Part shown: piece by piece, positions 1-10,565 of the stretch | Position numbering within the stretch: position 1 is the stretch's first letter | Layout of the letters: each line of letters starts with the position of its first letter | The notes under the pieces: generated by a model | Database searches by the model: none | What the model saw: the letters and a program-made list of their open reading frames with translations, nothing else | What the model was told of the DNA's origin: nothing | Position numbers and translations under genes: made by a program | From: Terrimicrobiaceae bacterium | GTDB taxonomy: Bacteria; Verrucomicrobiota; Verrucomicrobiia; Chthoniobacterales; Terrimicrobiaceae | Direction: 5' to 3' | Assembly: GCA_041752695.1 (NCBI GenBank) | Contig: JBGSVZ010000023.1 | Coordinates: 1-45,931 of the forward strand | Length of the DNA: 45,931 nt

Positions 1-156
1 CGCCCCCTAACCCCCGGAGTTTTCGCTTTGGACGCAATGAGAATCCACAGATCACCACAACCAATAACAACACCTTTCCAAGCGAACCTCGCATAACCTA
101 TTTTACCGCTCTTTTGGTCGGAAAATGGGGTCCACCTCAGAGAATTCCTTTCCGCC

Positions 157-627
157 ATGCGTCCGGGGCTCCACAATATCACCACCATGCTCGCCAAACT
201 CGTCGCCCGCCGCCCGATGTACCGCTACGGGATCGAAGACCTCGCCGAAGGGGGCGCGATGTCCACCGAGGTGAAGATGCCCGTAGGAGGCATGGGAGCG
301 GAATTGATGGTCTGGAATTCCGAGAGTTCCCGTTGGATGGGGCGGCTGGCATCATCAATCGAAAAAGATAGCAAGATTCCCACGGTTTACATTCTCCCTC
401 TCGGCCTTTTCCAACCCGAAGCCGCGGACGCGGCCCGCACCGCCAACGGCGAATTTCTAGCCCTAACCCCGCCGCCCATCCAACCGATCCCCGATTCGGC
501 ACTCGGCGTCGCGACGAATCCGGAAGACTTCTCCGACTCAGCCCAACATGTGACCGAGGAGGCGCGGAAGGAACGGACATCAACGATTGGGGGCATTCTG
601 AAACCAGCCCTCCCAAAACTCAAATAA
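157..627 (+). CDS. Hypothetical protein (Pro-rich C-terminal half)
   Basis: 156-aa ATG ORF ending 2 nt before the next gene's ATG (operon-like); no recognisable motif. Confidence 0.5.
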   Translation: MRPGLHNITTMLAKLVARRPMYRYGIEDLAEGGAMSTEVKMPVGGMGAELMVWNSESSRWMGRLASSIEKDSKIPTVYILPLGLFQPEAADAARTANGEFLALTPPPIQPIPDSALGVATNPEDFSDSAQHVTEEARKERTSTIGGILKPALPKLK

Positions 628-629
628 TC

Positions 630-2222
630 ATGTCAAACGATCGCCATTCCATGGCCATGGTCGCCCCCATTCTTGCTATGGTCGCGGGTGTCCTCATAGC
701 CCTTTACCTTGGCAAGTCGGTTGGACAAGGCAACACCTTCATGGTGATGGCGTTTTTTGGCGCGACCTTCGGGGCGGCTTTCATCTTGGCCGCACGAAGG
801 CACATCTGGCTGCTCATTCCCCTTTGCTGGCCCCTCACAGGAAGTATCGGCTTCTTGCCTCTGCCCTTTAATGTGCAAGAATTGGGCGTCCTGACCGCAT
901 TTTCTGTTTTTCTCGCTCAGATCGCGATGAAGCAGTTCCGCGGCATGGGAACAAAAATCGATTACCTTGATGTACTCCTCTGGATAAATGCCGGACTGAT
1001 TGTGGTCATGTTCCTGAAGAATCCCATCGGCCTGGCCTTCCTGGGAACCGAGCAAGTAGGCGGCCGGCCTTACCTCAAAGTGTTGGTAGGTTTACTCGCC
1101 TTCATCGTTCTTAAACGCATCGTGATTGGGCCAAAGCTTGGCTACTATTTTCCGCTGATAACCTTGGGGCCAAGCTTTCTAGTCGGCATAATCAACATGT
1201 TGACTCAGATTTTTCCATTCCTTACTCCGTTGATCGCACCCATCTACTCGGGGGTTAATGTCGAATCTTATCTCGACGAGCAAGTCCTAAACAAGGAAGC
1301 CGGAGGCCTGAACATTCAGGGGCGTTACCAAGGCCTAACCTTCATCGGACCACCCCTTGTCACGGCTTTAATAGCCTACAACAACCCTTTTCGGGTCATG
1401 AGTCCAATGAAACCAGGCCACTTTGCAGTACTCACTTTTGCAGTGCTTTGCATCGGAATGGCAGGGTTTCGCAACGTCTTTTTCGCGACGGCAATTACCA
1501 TGATCATCGCGGCCTATTTCTGGGAGAAAGGTATCGGGGTCATTAAAATGTCGATGGTAGGTCTCGCTGCAGTCGTTTTAATTATCGCCACACAAGCCGT
1601 GGTCGACCTCCCTCGAAGTATCCAGCGCTCTCTCAGTTTTCTCCCCGGGCCATGGAATACGGAGGTGGCTCAAGGAGCGAAAGAATCCACGGACTGGCGG
1701 GTAGAAATGTGGGTCCTAGCCCTAACGTCCGATAAATACATCAAAGATAAAGTCATGGGGGATGGTTTCGGCTTTTCCAAAGAGGACTTGGAAATTATGC
1801 GTGGCTCATCATTCGGCGGCGCGGGATTCATTGGTGAAGACAACATGAAGGAGGCCTTTATGATTCAAGGAAGTTTCCACAGCGGCCCGGTAAGCAGCAT
1901 CCGCTTCGCGGGAGCCGTTGGGCTCGTCGCCATCGCAGCTCTTCTTATTGGAATCAGCCTATATTCCGTAAAGGTTTTGCGTGAAGCCTGGAACACTCCA
2001 TTCCGTCCATTAGCAATAACATTGGCAGTTGCCGCCGTGTACGCCCCATTTGCTTTCATTTTTATCTTTGGTGAATATCGGAATGATCTGCCAAATGCAT
2101 TTTTTGCCTGCGGAATGTTGAAAATGACAAGGAATTCCATCAAACAATTCCTCGAGGAGAAACGAATGGATACGAACATCCCCGCCCCAATTCCCGACCC
2201 AGCTCTCCGCTCCGCGAGTTAG
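630..2222 (+). CDS. O-antigen polymerase/ligase (Wzy/WaaL-like) membrane protein
   Basis: 530 aa, many hydrophobic helices, large loop with R..W (STDWRVEMW), G.GFG and 'FHSGPVS...GAVGL' His motif; adjacent to a flippase. Confidence 0.75.
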   Translation: MSNDRHSMAMVAPILAMVAGVLIALYLGKSVGQGNTFMVMAFFGATFGAAFILAARRHIWLLIPLCWPLTGSIGFLPLPFNVQELGVLTAFSVFLAQIAMKQFRGMGTKIDYLDVLLWINAGLIVVMFLKNPIGLAFLGTEQVGGRPYLKVLVGLLAFIVLKRIVIGPKLGYYFPLITLGPSFLVGIINMLTQIFPFLTPLIAPIYSGVNVESYLDEQVLNKEAGGLNIQGRYQGLTFIGPPLVTALIAYNNPFRVMSPMKPGHFAVLTFAVLCIGMAGFRNVFFATAITMIIAAYFWEKGIGVIKMSMVGLAAVVLIIATQAVVDLPRSIQRSLSFLPGPWNTEVAQGAKESTDWRVEMWVLALTSDKYIKDKVMGDGFGFSKEDLEIMRGSSFGGAGFIGEDNMKEAFMIQGSFHSGPVSSIRFAGAVGLVAIAALLIGISLYSVKVLREAWNTPFRPLAITLAVAAVYAPFAFIFIFGEYRNDLPNAFFACGMLKMTRNSIKQFLEEKRMDTNIPAPIPDPALRSAS

Positions 2223-2312
2223 TTTCGCCTTCACGCGAAGTTATTTTTCTTAAGCAGAACCACCCGCCGTCCGAGGCGGCCCCCACCCTTGAGCCGCAGC
2301 TAATTTCATCAC

Positions 2313-3830
2313 GTGTCTCGCAAGCTTCTTTTCTTTCGCGGGCTTGGTCTTGGTTATGTCGCCATGGCGGCAAACATCGCCTATTCTCTGTTTTCAATTC
2401 CGCTCGCGCTTGGATACCTTGGAAAAGAAAACTTCGGACTCTGGGCTGTCGTGCTCCAAATTGTCGGCTATCTGTATCTCCTGGATTGCGGCATTTCACA
2501 GGGCATTTCACGGCTATTGATTGATGAGAAAGACCATCGGGAAAACGGAGTCTATGGATCTATCCTTCTGACCGGAACTATTGCACTCTGCCTGATCGGC
2601 GGCGCGGTTGCCCTGATCGGCTGGAGCGTCGGCCCGATGCTTGCCAGCATTTTCGCAATCCCAGAATCCCTCTCGAACGATTTCATCCTACTAATCGGAC
2701 TTCAAAGCACAATTGCAGGAATAGGCATCGGCGCTCGCATGTTGGGTGCGCCTTTTTACGCCTTCCAGCGTCAAGACCTCACCTCGGTTTCGACGATTTT
2801 GGTCTTCGTCGTCTATCTCGGCACGCTGTGGGGTGGATTTAAGTTGGGATGGGGCGTCTACTCAATGGTCTTCAGCCAGGCAGGAGGGCTTGTCTGTAGC
2901 GTAGTTTTTTCTGTGATCGCCGGCCACCGGCTCCATCTACTGCCACGCGGCCGGGAATGGGGAAAACCCTCTTGGAACCGCTTCAAGGGAATTTTTCAAT
3001 ACAGCCGTGACCTTTTTCTTATGGGGGTGGGGTGGCAAATTCTCAGTGGCAGCCCAATCCTCGTGATATCGAAGATTCTTGGCCTTGATGCTGCGGCCGC
3101 GTGGACCGTTTGCTATAAACCCTTTGCTATTCTCCTGCAATTTCTTTCCCGTCCGATGGATCATTCGACTCCTGCATTTTCTGAAATGTTCGTTCGTGGC
3201 GAGACCGAGGTCCTTAGGAACCGTTTTAGAAACATTTTTCAACTGACAGCCGCTCTTGCGGCAGCAGGATGCATGGCATTTGTGGCCATCACTCCTGATT
3301 TCATTTCAATCTGGACGAGTCAAAAGATCTCTTGGCCCCCCATAAACTTTGTTTCCCTGTCGCTGATGGTCTTCACCTACGCAGTCTTCCGTTTGGCCAA
3401 TGGATTTGTCGGCGTAACGAAAACAATCGGGGCATTGAAATTCCTGTTTTTCTTGGAGTCTGTAATCTTTTTGGGCCTGAGCCTCATTTCTACAAGCACT
3501 TTCGGTGTTGCAATAATTCCAATCATTGCTGTTTTGTGTCACCTTACAATCAGCTCTCCAGTAGGCATGCATCATCTTTCCGAGACATTAGGAGTGCCTG
3601 TTTCAATAATTTTGATGTGGCTCAGACCTTCGGGATTAACCATTTTGCTTATGATACCCGGTGTTGTTTTATGCATGACTTGGACACCCGGGGTCACAGC
3701 TCTTCAAAATTTCATCGTGCGGGGTATAGTTATTTCTATAACCGGGGTTATCGCAATGCTCGTTACTCTCCCTACGGAACTGCGAGAACATTTGGTCGGA
3801 CGCATTTTTAAGCCTCGCACACCAAGTTAA
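2313..3830 (+). CDS. wzx: Polysaccharide flippase (Wzx/MOP family)
   Basis: 505 aa polytopic membrane protein; 'YLGKENFGLW...LLDCGIS' N-terminal signature of the Polysacc_synt family. Confidence 0.85.
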   Translation: MSRKLLFFRGLGLGYVAMAANIAYSLFSIPLALGYLGKENFGLWAVVLQIVGYLYLLDCGISQGISRLLIDEKDHRENGVYGSILLTGTIALCLIGGAVALIGWSVGPMLASIFAIPESLSNDFILLIGLQSTIAGIGIGARMLGAPFYAFQRQDLTSVSTILVFVVYLGTLWGGFKLGWGVYSMVFSQAGGLVCSVVFSVIAGHRLHLLPRGREWGKPSWNRFKGIFQYSRDLFLMGVGWQILSGSPILVISKILGLDAAAAWTVCYKPFAILLQFLSRPMDHSTPAFSEMFVRGETEVLRNRFRNIFQLTAALAAAGCMAFVAITPDFISIWTSQKISWPPINFVSLSLMVFTYAVFRLANGFVGVTKTIGALKFLFFLESVIFLGLSLISTSTFGVAIIPIIAVLCHLTISSPVGMHHLSETLGVPVSIILMWLRPSGLTILLMIPGVVLCMTWTPGVTALQNFIVRGIVISITGVIAMLVTLPTELREHLVGRIFKPRTPS

Positions 3831-3999
3831 TCTTATTTACTTTTTATTGTGCGGTTATCCGATAAAATACATAAGCTAAAAGCGCAAAGCACAGACCATT
3901 TGCTTCCGGTAGGTCATAATACGAATTTTCCTTGCATAGGAAATTTCACCACCAATCCGAATTGCCAATTTTCTCAACATCCTAAGAAACGCCGAAAAG

Positions 4000-4707
4000 A
4001 TGAATTTCCGACTGCATCATGACACCTTAAGAATCGAGCTTGAAAACCTCTACAAATGCCAACTTCCTACTTCTTCAAGGATCAAAAAATGCAACAACGG
4101 CTTTCTTGCTGTTGACTGCATTGAACGAAGTATCTTTTTGCTGGCCTCGGAAGTGAAAGGGCGATTGCTCGACGTAGGTTGTGGTGACCAGCCTTACAGA
4201 AAGTTTTTCGAAGACTCGTGCAAATCAATTTTAGCCTGCGATTATGAGGCGTCAAAGCCAGGAATCGACTTCGCCTGCCCTGCTCACGCAATCCCCCAGG
4301 AAGATCAGTCTTTCGACTCGATACTTTGTACGGAGGTGCTCGAGCACGTTCCGGACCCAGCTGCGGCCCTAAAGGAATTTTGCCGCCTTCTCGCTCCCCG
4401 TGGCAAGTTGCTTCTGACAGCCCCTTGCTATTGGCCCCCCCATGAACTTCCCTATGATTTTTTTAGGTATCCTTCTCATGGATTGATTGAACTTATGGAA
4501 GCCAATGGCTTTCGAATCGATCGCTTCCTACCACGCGGTGGTCAATGGGCATTTCTCGGTCAAGTAGGCAGTCATGTTCTTAATCGACACCTTGCGCGCC
4601 CCCCACTACAGTCAATCTGGAACTCGGTTTTTCAGGCTATTGATCGCAAGCGCCTAAACCCATCTATCTCACTAGGATGGGCAGTCCTAGCCAGCAAGCT
4701 GGATTGA
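4000..4707 (+). CDS. Class I SAM-dependent methyltransferase
   Basis: LLDVGCG motif I, 'FDSILCTEVLEHVPDP', 'LAPRGKLLLTAP'. Confidence 0.9.
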   Translation: MNFRLHHDTLRIELENLYKCQLPTSSRIKKCNNGFLAVDCIERSIFLLASEVKGRLLDVGCGDQPYRKFFEDSCKSILACDYEASKPGIDFACPAHAIPQEDQSFDSILCTEVLEHVPDPAAALKEFCRLLAPRGKLLLTAPCYWPPHELPYDFFRYPSHGLIELMEANGFRIDRFLPRGGQWAFLGQVGSHVLNRHLARPPLQSIWNSVFQAIDRKRLNPSISLGWAVLASKLD

Positions 4708-4826
4708 AAATCTGAAGCAGATTCTACCCTTCAATCACTTCATTTGTTTTACCAATGTCTTAATACACCAACCGCTTATAAGGCTTGGCAAAAAACAAGC
4801 TCTCTAAGGAAGTTTTCGCCATACAG

Positions 4827-5555
4827 TTATGACTTGATCCAATAGGCTGAGTCGCAATCAATTTTGCGCAGCTGATCAGATATCCCTAACCGTTCTCTGA
4901 ACTCGTCTGCGGCCTTACTGCATCCTTCCCATGCATAATAGTCGTCGAGCAAAAGGACTCCGCCTTTTGCTAATCTGCCATAAAGCTCGTCTAAGCAAAT
5001 TTTCGTGGATTCGTACCAATCCCCGTCGAGGCGCAGCACCGCAATGTCACCACAATTTTTGCCATGTTCGGGGACTGTATCTTGAAACCAGCCCTTGTAA
5101 TATTTGACTCGATCAACCGGCAACTTTAGATCGCAATGCAAGAAATTCTTTACCACCTCAATTCCGGCCTCACATTGGTGGACAGACTCCAGTTTCCCGA
5201 GAGCTTTGCCTCCGCTATAAACTTTCGCAAATTCGCCGTCATCCTGAGTGGGTTCCGGTAGCCCCTCAAAGGAATCAAACAGATGGAGGGTCCTATTTAG
5301 TTTGGATGTCATCATGGCTAGCCCCATAATGCCTGCTGATCCGCCTCTCCAGACGCCACACTCAACAAAATTTCCTTCGATACCGTCGTGCTCCATTTTT
5401 CTGCATAGATCCCAAAGAATCATACATCTCTCAGGTGACGTCATCGTATTGTGCGCTACCCGGTATAGAGCTTGAGCACGAGTAAGATTCGGGAGCGACG
5501 CAAGCCACCACCGCGGACGCTTGGCGTGCCAGATACGAGAGAATAAATTGGGCAT
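4827..5555 (-). CDS. TylF/MycF/NovP-family sugar O-methyltransferase
   Basis: 'GNFVECGVWRGGS', 'LFDSFEGLP', 'KGWFQDT', 'LRLDGDWYEST', 'DDY' motifs; ATG at 5555 preferred over TTG at 5576. Confidence 0.9.
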   Translation of the reverse strand: MPNLFSRIWHAKRPRWWLASLPNLTRAQALYRVAHNTMTSPERCMILWDLCRKMEHDGIEGNFVECGVWRGGSAGIMGLAMMTSKLNRTLHLFDSFEGLPEPTQDDGEFAKVYSGGKALGKLESVHQCEAGIEVVKNFLHCDLKLPVDRVKYYKGWFQDTVPEHGKNCGDIAVLRLDGDWYESTKICLDELYGRLAKGGVLLLDDYYAWEGCSKAADEFRERLGISDQLRKIDCDSAYWIKS

Positions 5556-5609
5556 AAAGGTTGGAAAAGCCGTCAAATTAATCCAGAAATCCTCTGAGAA
5601 TCACGATAA

Positions 5610-6848
5610 TTATGACACCCTTAAATTGAGAAACCATCGTCGAAACCTTCGGAGAGTTCTGACTGGGTGCGCGTAGAACCAAGTGGGCGCGGTCTCGAGC
5701 GGAACGGCTATCCTGGTCAAATGGGCCTTCCAGGTTGGGCAGACAGTAACCAACGGATTCTCCCTCGACGTACTGAGATACCTTTGCGCCATGGAGCCAG
5801 CGGAGTATCTCGCGCGGGCTTCTCCCCGGGATTGATCGGACATCCGTTTTAAGAGAGAGCGATCCAGAAGCAGCTCAATCAGCGATTTCACCGCCCCATC
5901 AGGGTCGCCTCCGGCGACTTTCATACCGCACTCTTCGGTAACGACATCGCGGATCCCACTTTCAAGGTCAGAGACGACCGGCACACATCCCATGCCCATG
6001 GATTCCAAAAGGGCGAGCGGCAGACCTTCATAATCTGAGAGGAGAAGAAAAACGTCCTGCTCTGCAAAACAGCGCATAACAGTCCCATTATCAATCTCCC
6101 CAAGAAATCGAACGCCTGGGAGGCCTCCGACCTCCTGTTTCATCCATTGCTCTTGGGGCCCTCCACCTGCGATCGTGAACTCAAAGCTCCCGGACCCGTC
6201 CGTAAGTGTCTTGATCACTTTCGCAATACGGCTTATCCGCTTCTGCTCTTCGACGAGACGGCCCGCATAGATAACCCGGAGGGGAGTATTCACCGAACGC
6301 AAAGGACGGGGTCTCATCTCGTCGCGGAACGCGATGCCATAGGGGATATAGACCGTTTGTTTTCCCTCGAATTGAGGCATTGCGGCAAGGCGACGACGGA
6401 TGAGGTCCGAGACCCCGATCATGCCGTCGAGCCATCGCGCATAGACCGCAACCATCCGATACACACCCGGATCGTCCGATTGCACCATGCCCATGCGCAG
6501 CACACCCTTCGGAACATAGCGCTGCACTTCAAAACTCTCGCCGCTCATGCAGGAGAGGACCATCGAAGGCTGATAGGAAGCCGTCAGCCGATAGACTTCC
6601 GCGATTCGATCCTCATAGATCGAATCGTTCCGGGAGATCTCGTGCAGGATCGCTCCCGTAGCCAGAAATTCCTGCCGATAGGGATTATTCGTCCCCATCA
6701 CGATCAAAACCAATTTCTTCCCAAGAGACCGCATCCCGATGGCCAGATTAATTAGAAAGGTCGAACTTCCGCCCAAAGGCATCGTGCCTGTCACCGCGAC
6801 AATCGGAAAGTCGTCGCCCGCTTTCCCAGGTGTTGCCAACGTGCTCAT
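5610..6848 (-). CDS. Glycosyltransferase family 4
   Basis: 'YAGRL..EQK', 'SDYEGLPLALLESMGMG' (EX7E); start set at ATG 6848 overlapping the upstream TGA (ATGA coupling). Confidence 0.9.
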   Translation of the reverse strand: MSTLATPGKAGDDFPIVAVTGTMPLGGSSTFLINLAIGMRSLGKKLVLIVMGTNNPYRQEFLATGAILHEISRNDSIYEDRIAEVYRLTASYQPSMVLSCMSGESFEVQRYVPKGVLRMGMVQSDDPGVYRMVAVYARWLDGMIGVSDLIRRRLAAMPQFEGKQTVYIPYGIAFRDEMRPRPLRSVNTPLRVIYAGRLVEEQKRISRIAKVIKTLTDGSGSFEFTIAGGGPQEQWMKQEVGGLPGVRFLGEIDNGTVMRCFAEQDVFLLLSDYEGLPLALLESMGMGCVPVVSDLESGIRDVVTEECGMKVAGGDPDGAVKSLIELLLDRSLLKRMSDQSRGEARARYSAGSMAQRYLSTSRENPLVTVCPTWKAHLTRIAVPLETAPTWFYAHPVRTLRRFRRWFLNLRVS

Positions 6849-7990
6849 GCGGATTTTCCCAGCGAAGCAACTCGTTGCATGCAATCTACGAGCTTTGCGG
6901 AAGAAATCGACGCAGCGAAGTCCCCAGGCTCGACCACGCACCCTTTCGAAATTCGGGACCACCAATTTAGGGCTGCCTCGGAAATTGCGCCTGGATCTCG
7001 GATCGGAACCACTGAGCCGTTGATTCGCTCTCTCACATACTGGGACGTCCCCGTGTTGGGAGTCAGAACCACAGGTACACCACACGCCATCGCCTCCAGC
7101 GCGGTCCTTACAAGGCCCTCCTCAAGCGAGGGAAGGATAAAGAGGTCGGCCGAACGCAGCCGGTCAGCCAGCTTTTCCGGCATGAGATAGGGAGACCATT
7201 CGATCGGCAGGTCAGAATATTGCGCCAGGATTGGCTTAATGGAATCAGAGACCGCTTCGGTCAACAAGAGGCGGGCATCCGGAATTTCTTTCCGGATCAG
7301 CCGGAAAGCCTCAAGGAGGTAAGGCGTACCTTTGCGGAGAGACAGACTCCCTGTGTTGATAACCGTAAACGGCCGATCCTTCGGCCGCGCCTCGGTGGAA
7401 GGCTTGAAGACACTGAGATCCTGCGGATAGACCACCGGAATGATCTGTTCTGGGCGGAAGCCGCGGGTCAAAAATGAATTGGCCACGAAGTCACTGGGAG
7501 AGAGGACATAATCCAAATCGTCCATCATCCGGCGAGCCCTTTCGATATAGAACTTGGGCACGGGGGGATAGGGGCATTTCCAACGGCGGTGCTCTTCTTC
7601 CAAAATCTCCCAAAAATTATCGGGATGCGAGTTGCCACCATCCAAAAATGTCTTCCCCCCATGTTTCCTCACCCACCGAAAACATTCGTTGGCATAGGCG
7701 TAACTGGAGATGATATTGTCCCCAGGTTTCAGGTGTTGTTTGGCCCAAAGGTCATAGAGCGGATAGAGCGCAAATCGAAACGCCTCGGCATAGTAGGGCG
7801 GTAACGAGCGGGCTCCCGCGTAAGCAGCCAGCCCAAGAGCGGGATTCTTTTTTGTCAGGTGCTCAGGAATACCGTCTGTACCGCGCCGATTCCAGACGAG
7901 ATAGCGCCTGAGCGAATCGTGCTGCGCCAGAATTCTGGCTTGGTCATCGCAGACCGAGCGAAATGGGACAGCAACGACAAATTTTGACAT
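6845..7990 (-). CDS. Glycosyltransferase family 4
   Basis: 'GSLSLRKG', 'LPSLEEGLVRTALEAMACGVPVV'. Confidence 0.92.
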   Translation of the reverse strand: MSKFVVAVPFRSVCDDQARILAQHDSLRRYLVWNRRGTDGIPEHLTKKNPALGLAAYAGARSLPPYYAEAFRFALYPLYDLWAKQHLKPGDNIISSYAYANECFRWVRKHGGKTFLDGGNSHPDNFWEILEEEHRRWKCPYPPVPKFYIERARRMMDDLDYVLSPSDFVANSFLTRGFRPEQIIPVVYPQDLSVFKPSTEARPKDRPFTVINTGSLSLRKGTPYLLEAFRLIRKEIPDARLLLTEAVSDSIKPILAQYSDLPIEWSPYLMPEKLADRLRSADLFILPSLEEGLVRTALEAMACGVPVVLTPNTGTSQYVRERINGSVVPIRDPGAISEAALNWWSRISKGCVVEPGDFAASISSAKLVDCMQRVASLGKSA

Positions 7991-7998
7991 CGAACGAA

Positions 7999-9201
7999 TT
8001 ACGCTAACTGTGCGTGGGAATGGGAAGCTGTTTCCCCATCGGCCATCACATTCCGATAGAGCTTTATGTGGCGGGCAATCATTTGGCTATATGTCATTCC
8101 TTTCGCTACTATGGACTGACGGCCCACGGAGCTGAGCGAAGCCCGAAGGGCGGGCTCTGTAATGAGACGCTCCAAAGCTGCAGAGAGCAAAGGAACATCC
8201 GTGGGAGGCACCAGGAGTCCAGTTCTCTCGTGCTCGATGAGATCGGTAATCCCGCCCGTCTCGGATCCCACACAGGCCGCTCCAGCGAACATGGCCTCCT
8301 GTAGCGAAAGGCCAAGTCCTTCCTTGAGCGAAGGGATGGCAAAAATCGCGGCGGATTCGAGCAGGCGCTGAGCCTGATCCTCAGGAACATCTTTCATGAT
8401 CTCGACCTGTTCACCGATCTGGCATTTTGTGATGATTGCCGATAGGGCCTCTGAGGTGTCTTTCTCGGCATGCCTCCCGGCGATCACGAGCTTCCAGTCG
8501 GGAAACCGACGCGCAATCTGGCCGAAGGCCTCCGCCAAATACACCTGGCCTTTGCGCAGCCCCACCGTCCCAAGACAGAGGATCGTCTTCGTTTTTTCCG
8601 ATTGAAGAGCGCGCGTGCCATCGAGCCTCGAATGGTAGATCTGGATGAAGCGCTGTCGAACGGGGAAGAATCGTCTCTGGACAGCGCGGAAGTCGTGCTG
8701 CGAGACGGTGGCTTCCCATTTCACATGCGCAACTTGATAGAGTTTGGCAGGCCAAAAGAGTGGGAGGGAAGCAATTTTGAACCAGAGGGGTTTCAACGGC
8801 CCGACACATTCAAAAATGGAGAACGCCCCATGATTGGTCGAAACACAAGGAACCCCCGCCTTCGCCACGATTGGGATTGGGCAGTCGAAAAATGAGCGTG
8901 CCCGCCACTGGTAAGTCCCTCCAAAATGGAAGTGGGCCAGATCAACGTCATGGGCAACCATCCACGCTGCCAGTTTCTTTCCGTCTTCACGACCCGCGCC
9001 GACCGACGGCCAGGAGTAATGTTCACTCCAGCAAGGCCTGAGAGGAGAATCTTCCAACGCTGCGGGCAAATCTCCGGAAACCAGGAAGATCTCAAATTCT
9101 GAACGAAGCCCTACCAGAAGTTCGCGAACCAAGACTTCCACGCCGCCATGTTGATGGAGGGGATACTCGAGGCAAATTGCAATCCGTTTACGACTGGGCA
9201 T
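7999..9201 (-). CDS. Glycosyltransferase family 4
   Basis: 'HGGVE' N-terminal motif, 'RKG', 'PSLKEGLGLSLQEAM'; start likely ATG 9201 (MPSRKRIAIC). Confidence 0.9.
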   Translation of the reverse strand: MPSRKRIAICLEYPLHQHGGVEVLVRELLVGLRSEFEIFLVSGDLPAALEDSPLRPCWSEHYSWPSVGAGREDGKKLAAWMVAHDVDLAHFHFGGTYQWRARSFFDCPIPIVAKAGVPCVSTNHGAFSIFECVGPLKPLWFKIASLPLFWPAKLYQVAHVKWEATVSQHDFRAVQRRFFPVRQRFIQIYHSRLDGTRALQSEKTKTILCLGTVGLRKGQVYLAEAFGQIARRFPDWKLVIAGRHAEKDTSEALSAIITKCQIGEQVEIMKDVPEDQAQRLLESAAIFAIPSLKEGLGLSLQEAMFAGAACVGSETGGITDLIEHERTGLLVPPTDVPLLSAALERLITEPALRASLSSVGRQSIVAKGMTYSQMIARHIKLYRNVMADGETASHSHAQLA

Positions 9202-9334
9202 GGGGCAGTTTTTGAACCTACACAGGCGGAAGGTGTTGCCGCGAGCAAACAAAAACGCTGGATTGAGAAGCGTCCTATTCCTCAGAAACCGAAACGGAAG
9301 TCCTTTGTCGTCCCTTTAACTCCTGCCCTTCCCG

Positions 9335-10528
9335 ATGCAGATTCTCGCGTTTCAGCCGCTCGTTTATAATCCAGGAGACGAACGTTTCCGCGTGACGAAC
9401 TTGGGTGCCCTCGTAGAGGGCTTCCGGCTTCAAGGCATAAACTCCTACCAAGTCGCCTTTGCCCCACGGCCGGAACTTGCCGGAACGACAGTGGACGGCA
9501 TACGACTCTGCTCGCCAGAGGAGGCCTGTGATCCAGAGTGGTGGAAAGCGCTCTCCCCTTGGGCTGTGGTGACAAACACGTGGTGTGCCCCGCGGATGGC
9601 AAGATACGTTGAAGCCATCAGAGCCGCAACACCGCGAGTGCTCGACCGCCTGGATACCGATGGGAATCGCTCACCGAACATTTCTTTTGGGGATTATCTT
9701 TTTCGTGAAATCTCCGCTCACCGCGATTTCCGCTCCCCAGTGAAGCGCTTTCTGGCGTTGCCACTGGCCTTTGCCCGCACGAGCATCCTCAAGTTTCGTC
9801 CGGACCTGCTGGACATCCCCACCGTTAATACGATGGCAGGCTGCCCGTTGGTTGGGGCCGAATCTCCCATCGCCGCCGAGCGCATGAAAAGATTGATGCG
9901 CTTGTTCGGGAAGGATTCCGCCCATATCCATTGCATCCCCTTCCCCGTTAATGAAGGCGGCCTGCAGTTTGCGGATCTGTCCGAACGAACGAAGACCGTC
10001 GTCTCGGTCGGACGGTGGAATTCGGACCAGAAAAACTTCCCGCTCCTGCTCCAAGTGGTTGATCGGTTCTTGGAAGATCACCCAGATTGGACCGTCACCC
10101 TCCCGGGCGCGCTCCCAGACGATATCGCGCAACTGCTCGCCCGCCATGCCCCGCACCATGGATCCAAAATCGGCCTGCCTGGCCCCTTGCCCCATGAGGA
10201 AATTTACCGTCTTTTTGGAACAGCCCGAATATTTCTGATGTCGAGCAGGCACGAGAGTTTCGGCATCGCCGCAGCCGAAGCCCTCTGCTCGGGCTGTAGC
10301 GTCGTGGGCCCGCATCACATCCCCAGCATCCCGTGGTTCTGCGGCTCCAACTCTGGAACAGTGGCCTGCCGTTATACGCCTTTCGACATGGCGGACGCCC
10401 TCGCGGTGGAAGCCAATTTTTGGGAAATCGGGCAGCGGGATCCCGTCTTTATTTCCAAGACATGGAAAGAACGAGTCTCGGCCACATCCGTGGCCAAAAG
10501 GGTTCTGGCTTTGCTGGAGGCCATCTAA
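9335..10528 (+). CDS. Glycosyltransferase family 4
   Basis: 'VGRW..DQKN', 'SRHESFGIAAAEALCSG'. Confidence 0.9.
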   Translation: MQILAFQPLVYNPGDERFRVTNLGALVEGFRLQGINSYQVAFAPRPELAGTTVDGIRLCSPEEACDPEWWKALSPWAVVTNTWCAPRMARYVEAIRAATPRVLDRLDTDGNRSPNISFGDYLFREISAHRDFRSPVKRFLALPLAFARTSILKFRPDLLDIPTVNTMAGCPLVGAESPIAAERMKRLMRLFGKDSAHIHCIPFPVNEGGLQFADLSERTKTVVSVGRWNSDQKNFPLLLQVVDRFLEDHPDWTVTLPGALPDDIAQLLARHAPHHGSKIGLPGPLPHEEIYRLFGTARIFLMSSRHESFGIAAAEALCSGCSVVGPHHIPSIPWFCGSNSGTVACRYTPFDMADALAVEANFWEIGQRDPVFISKTWKERVSATSVAKRVLALLEAI

Positions 10529-10565
10529 CAGAATCTTGGCACGTTAAGAACGGACATCACCTCAG

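Noticed and set aside
6849..7085. N-terminal extension of GT4 ORF 5610..7085
   Set aside because: Overlaps the upstream GT4; ATGA coupling at 6845-6848 gives the natural start
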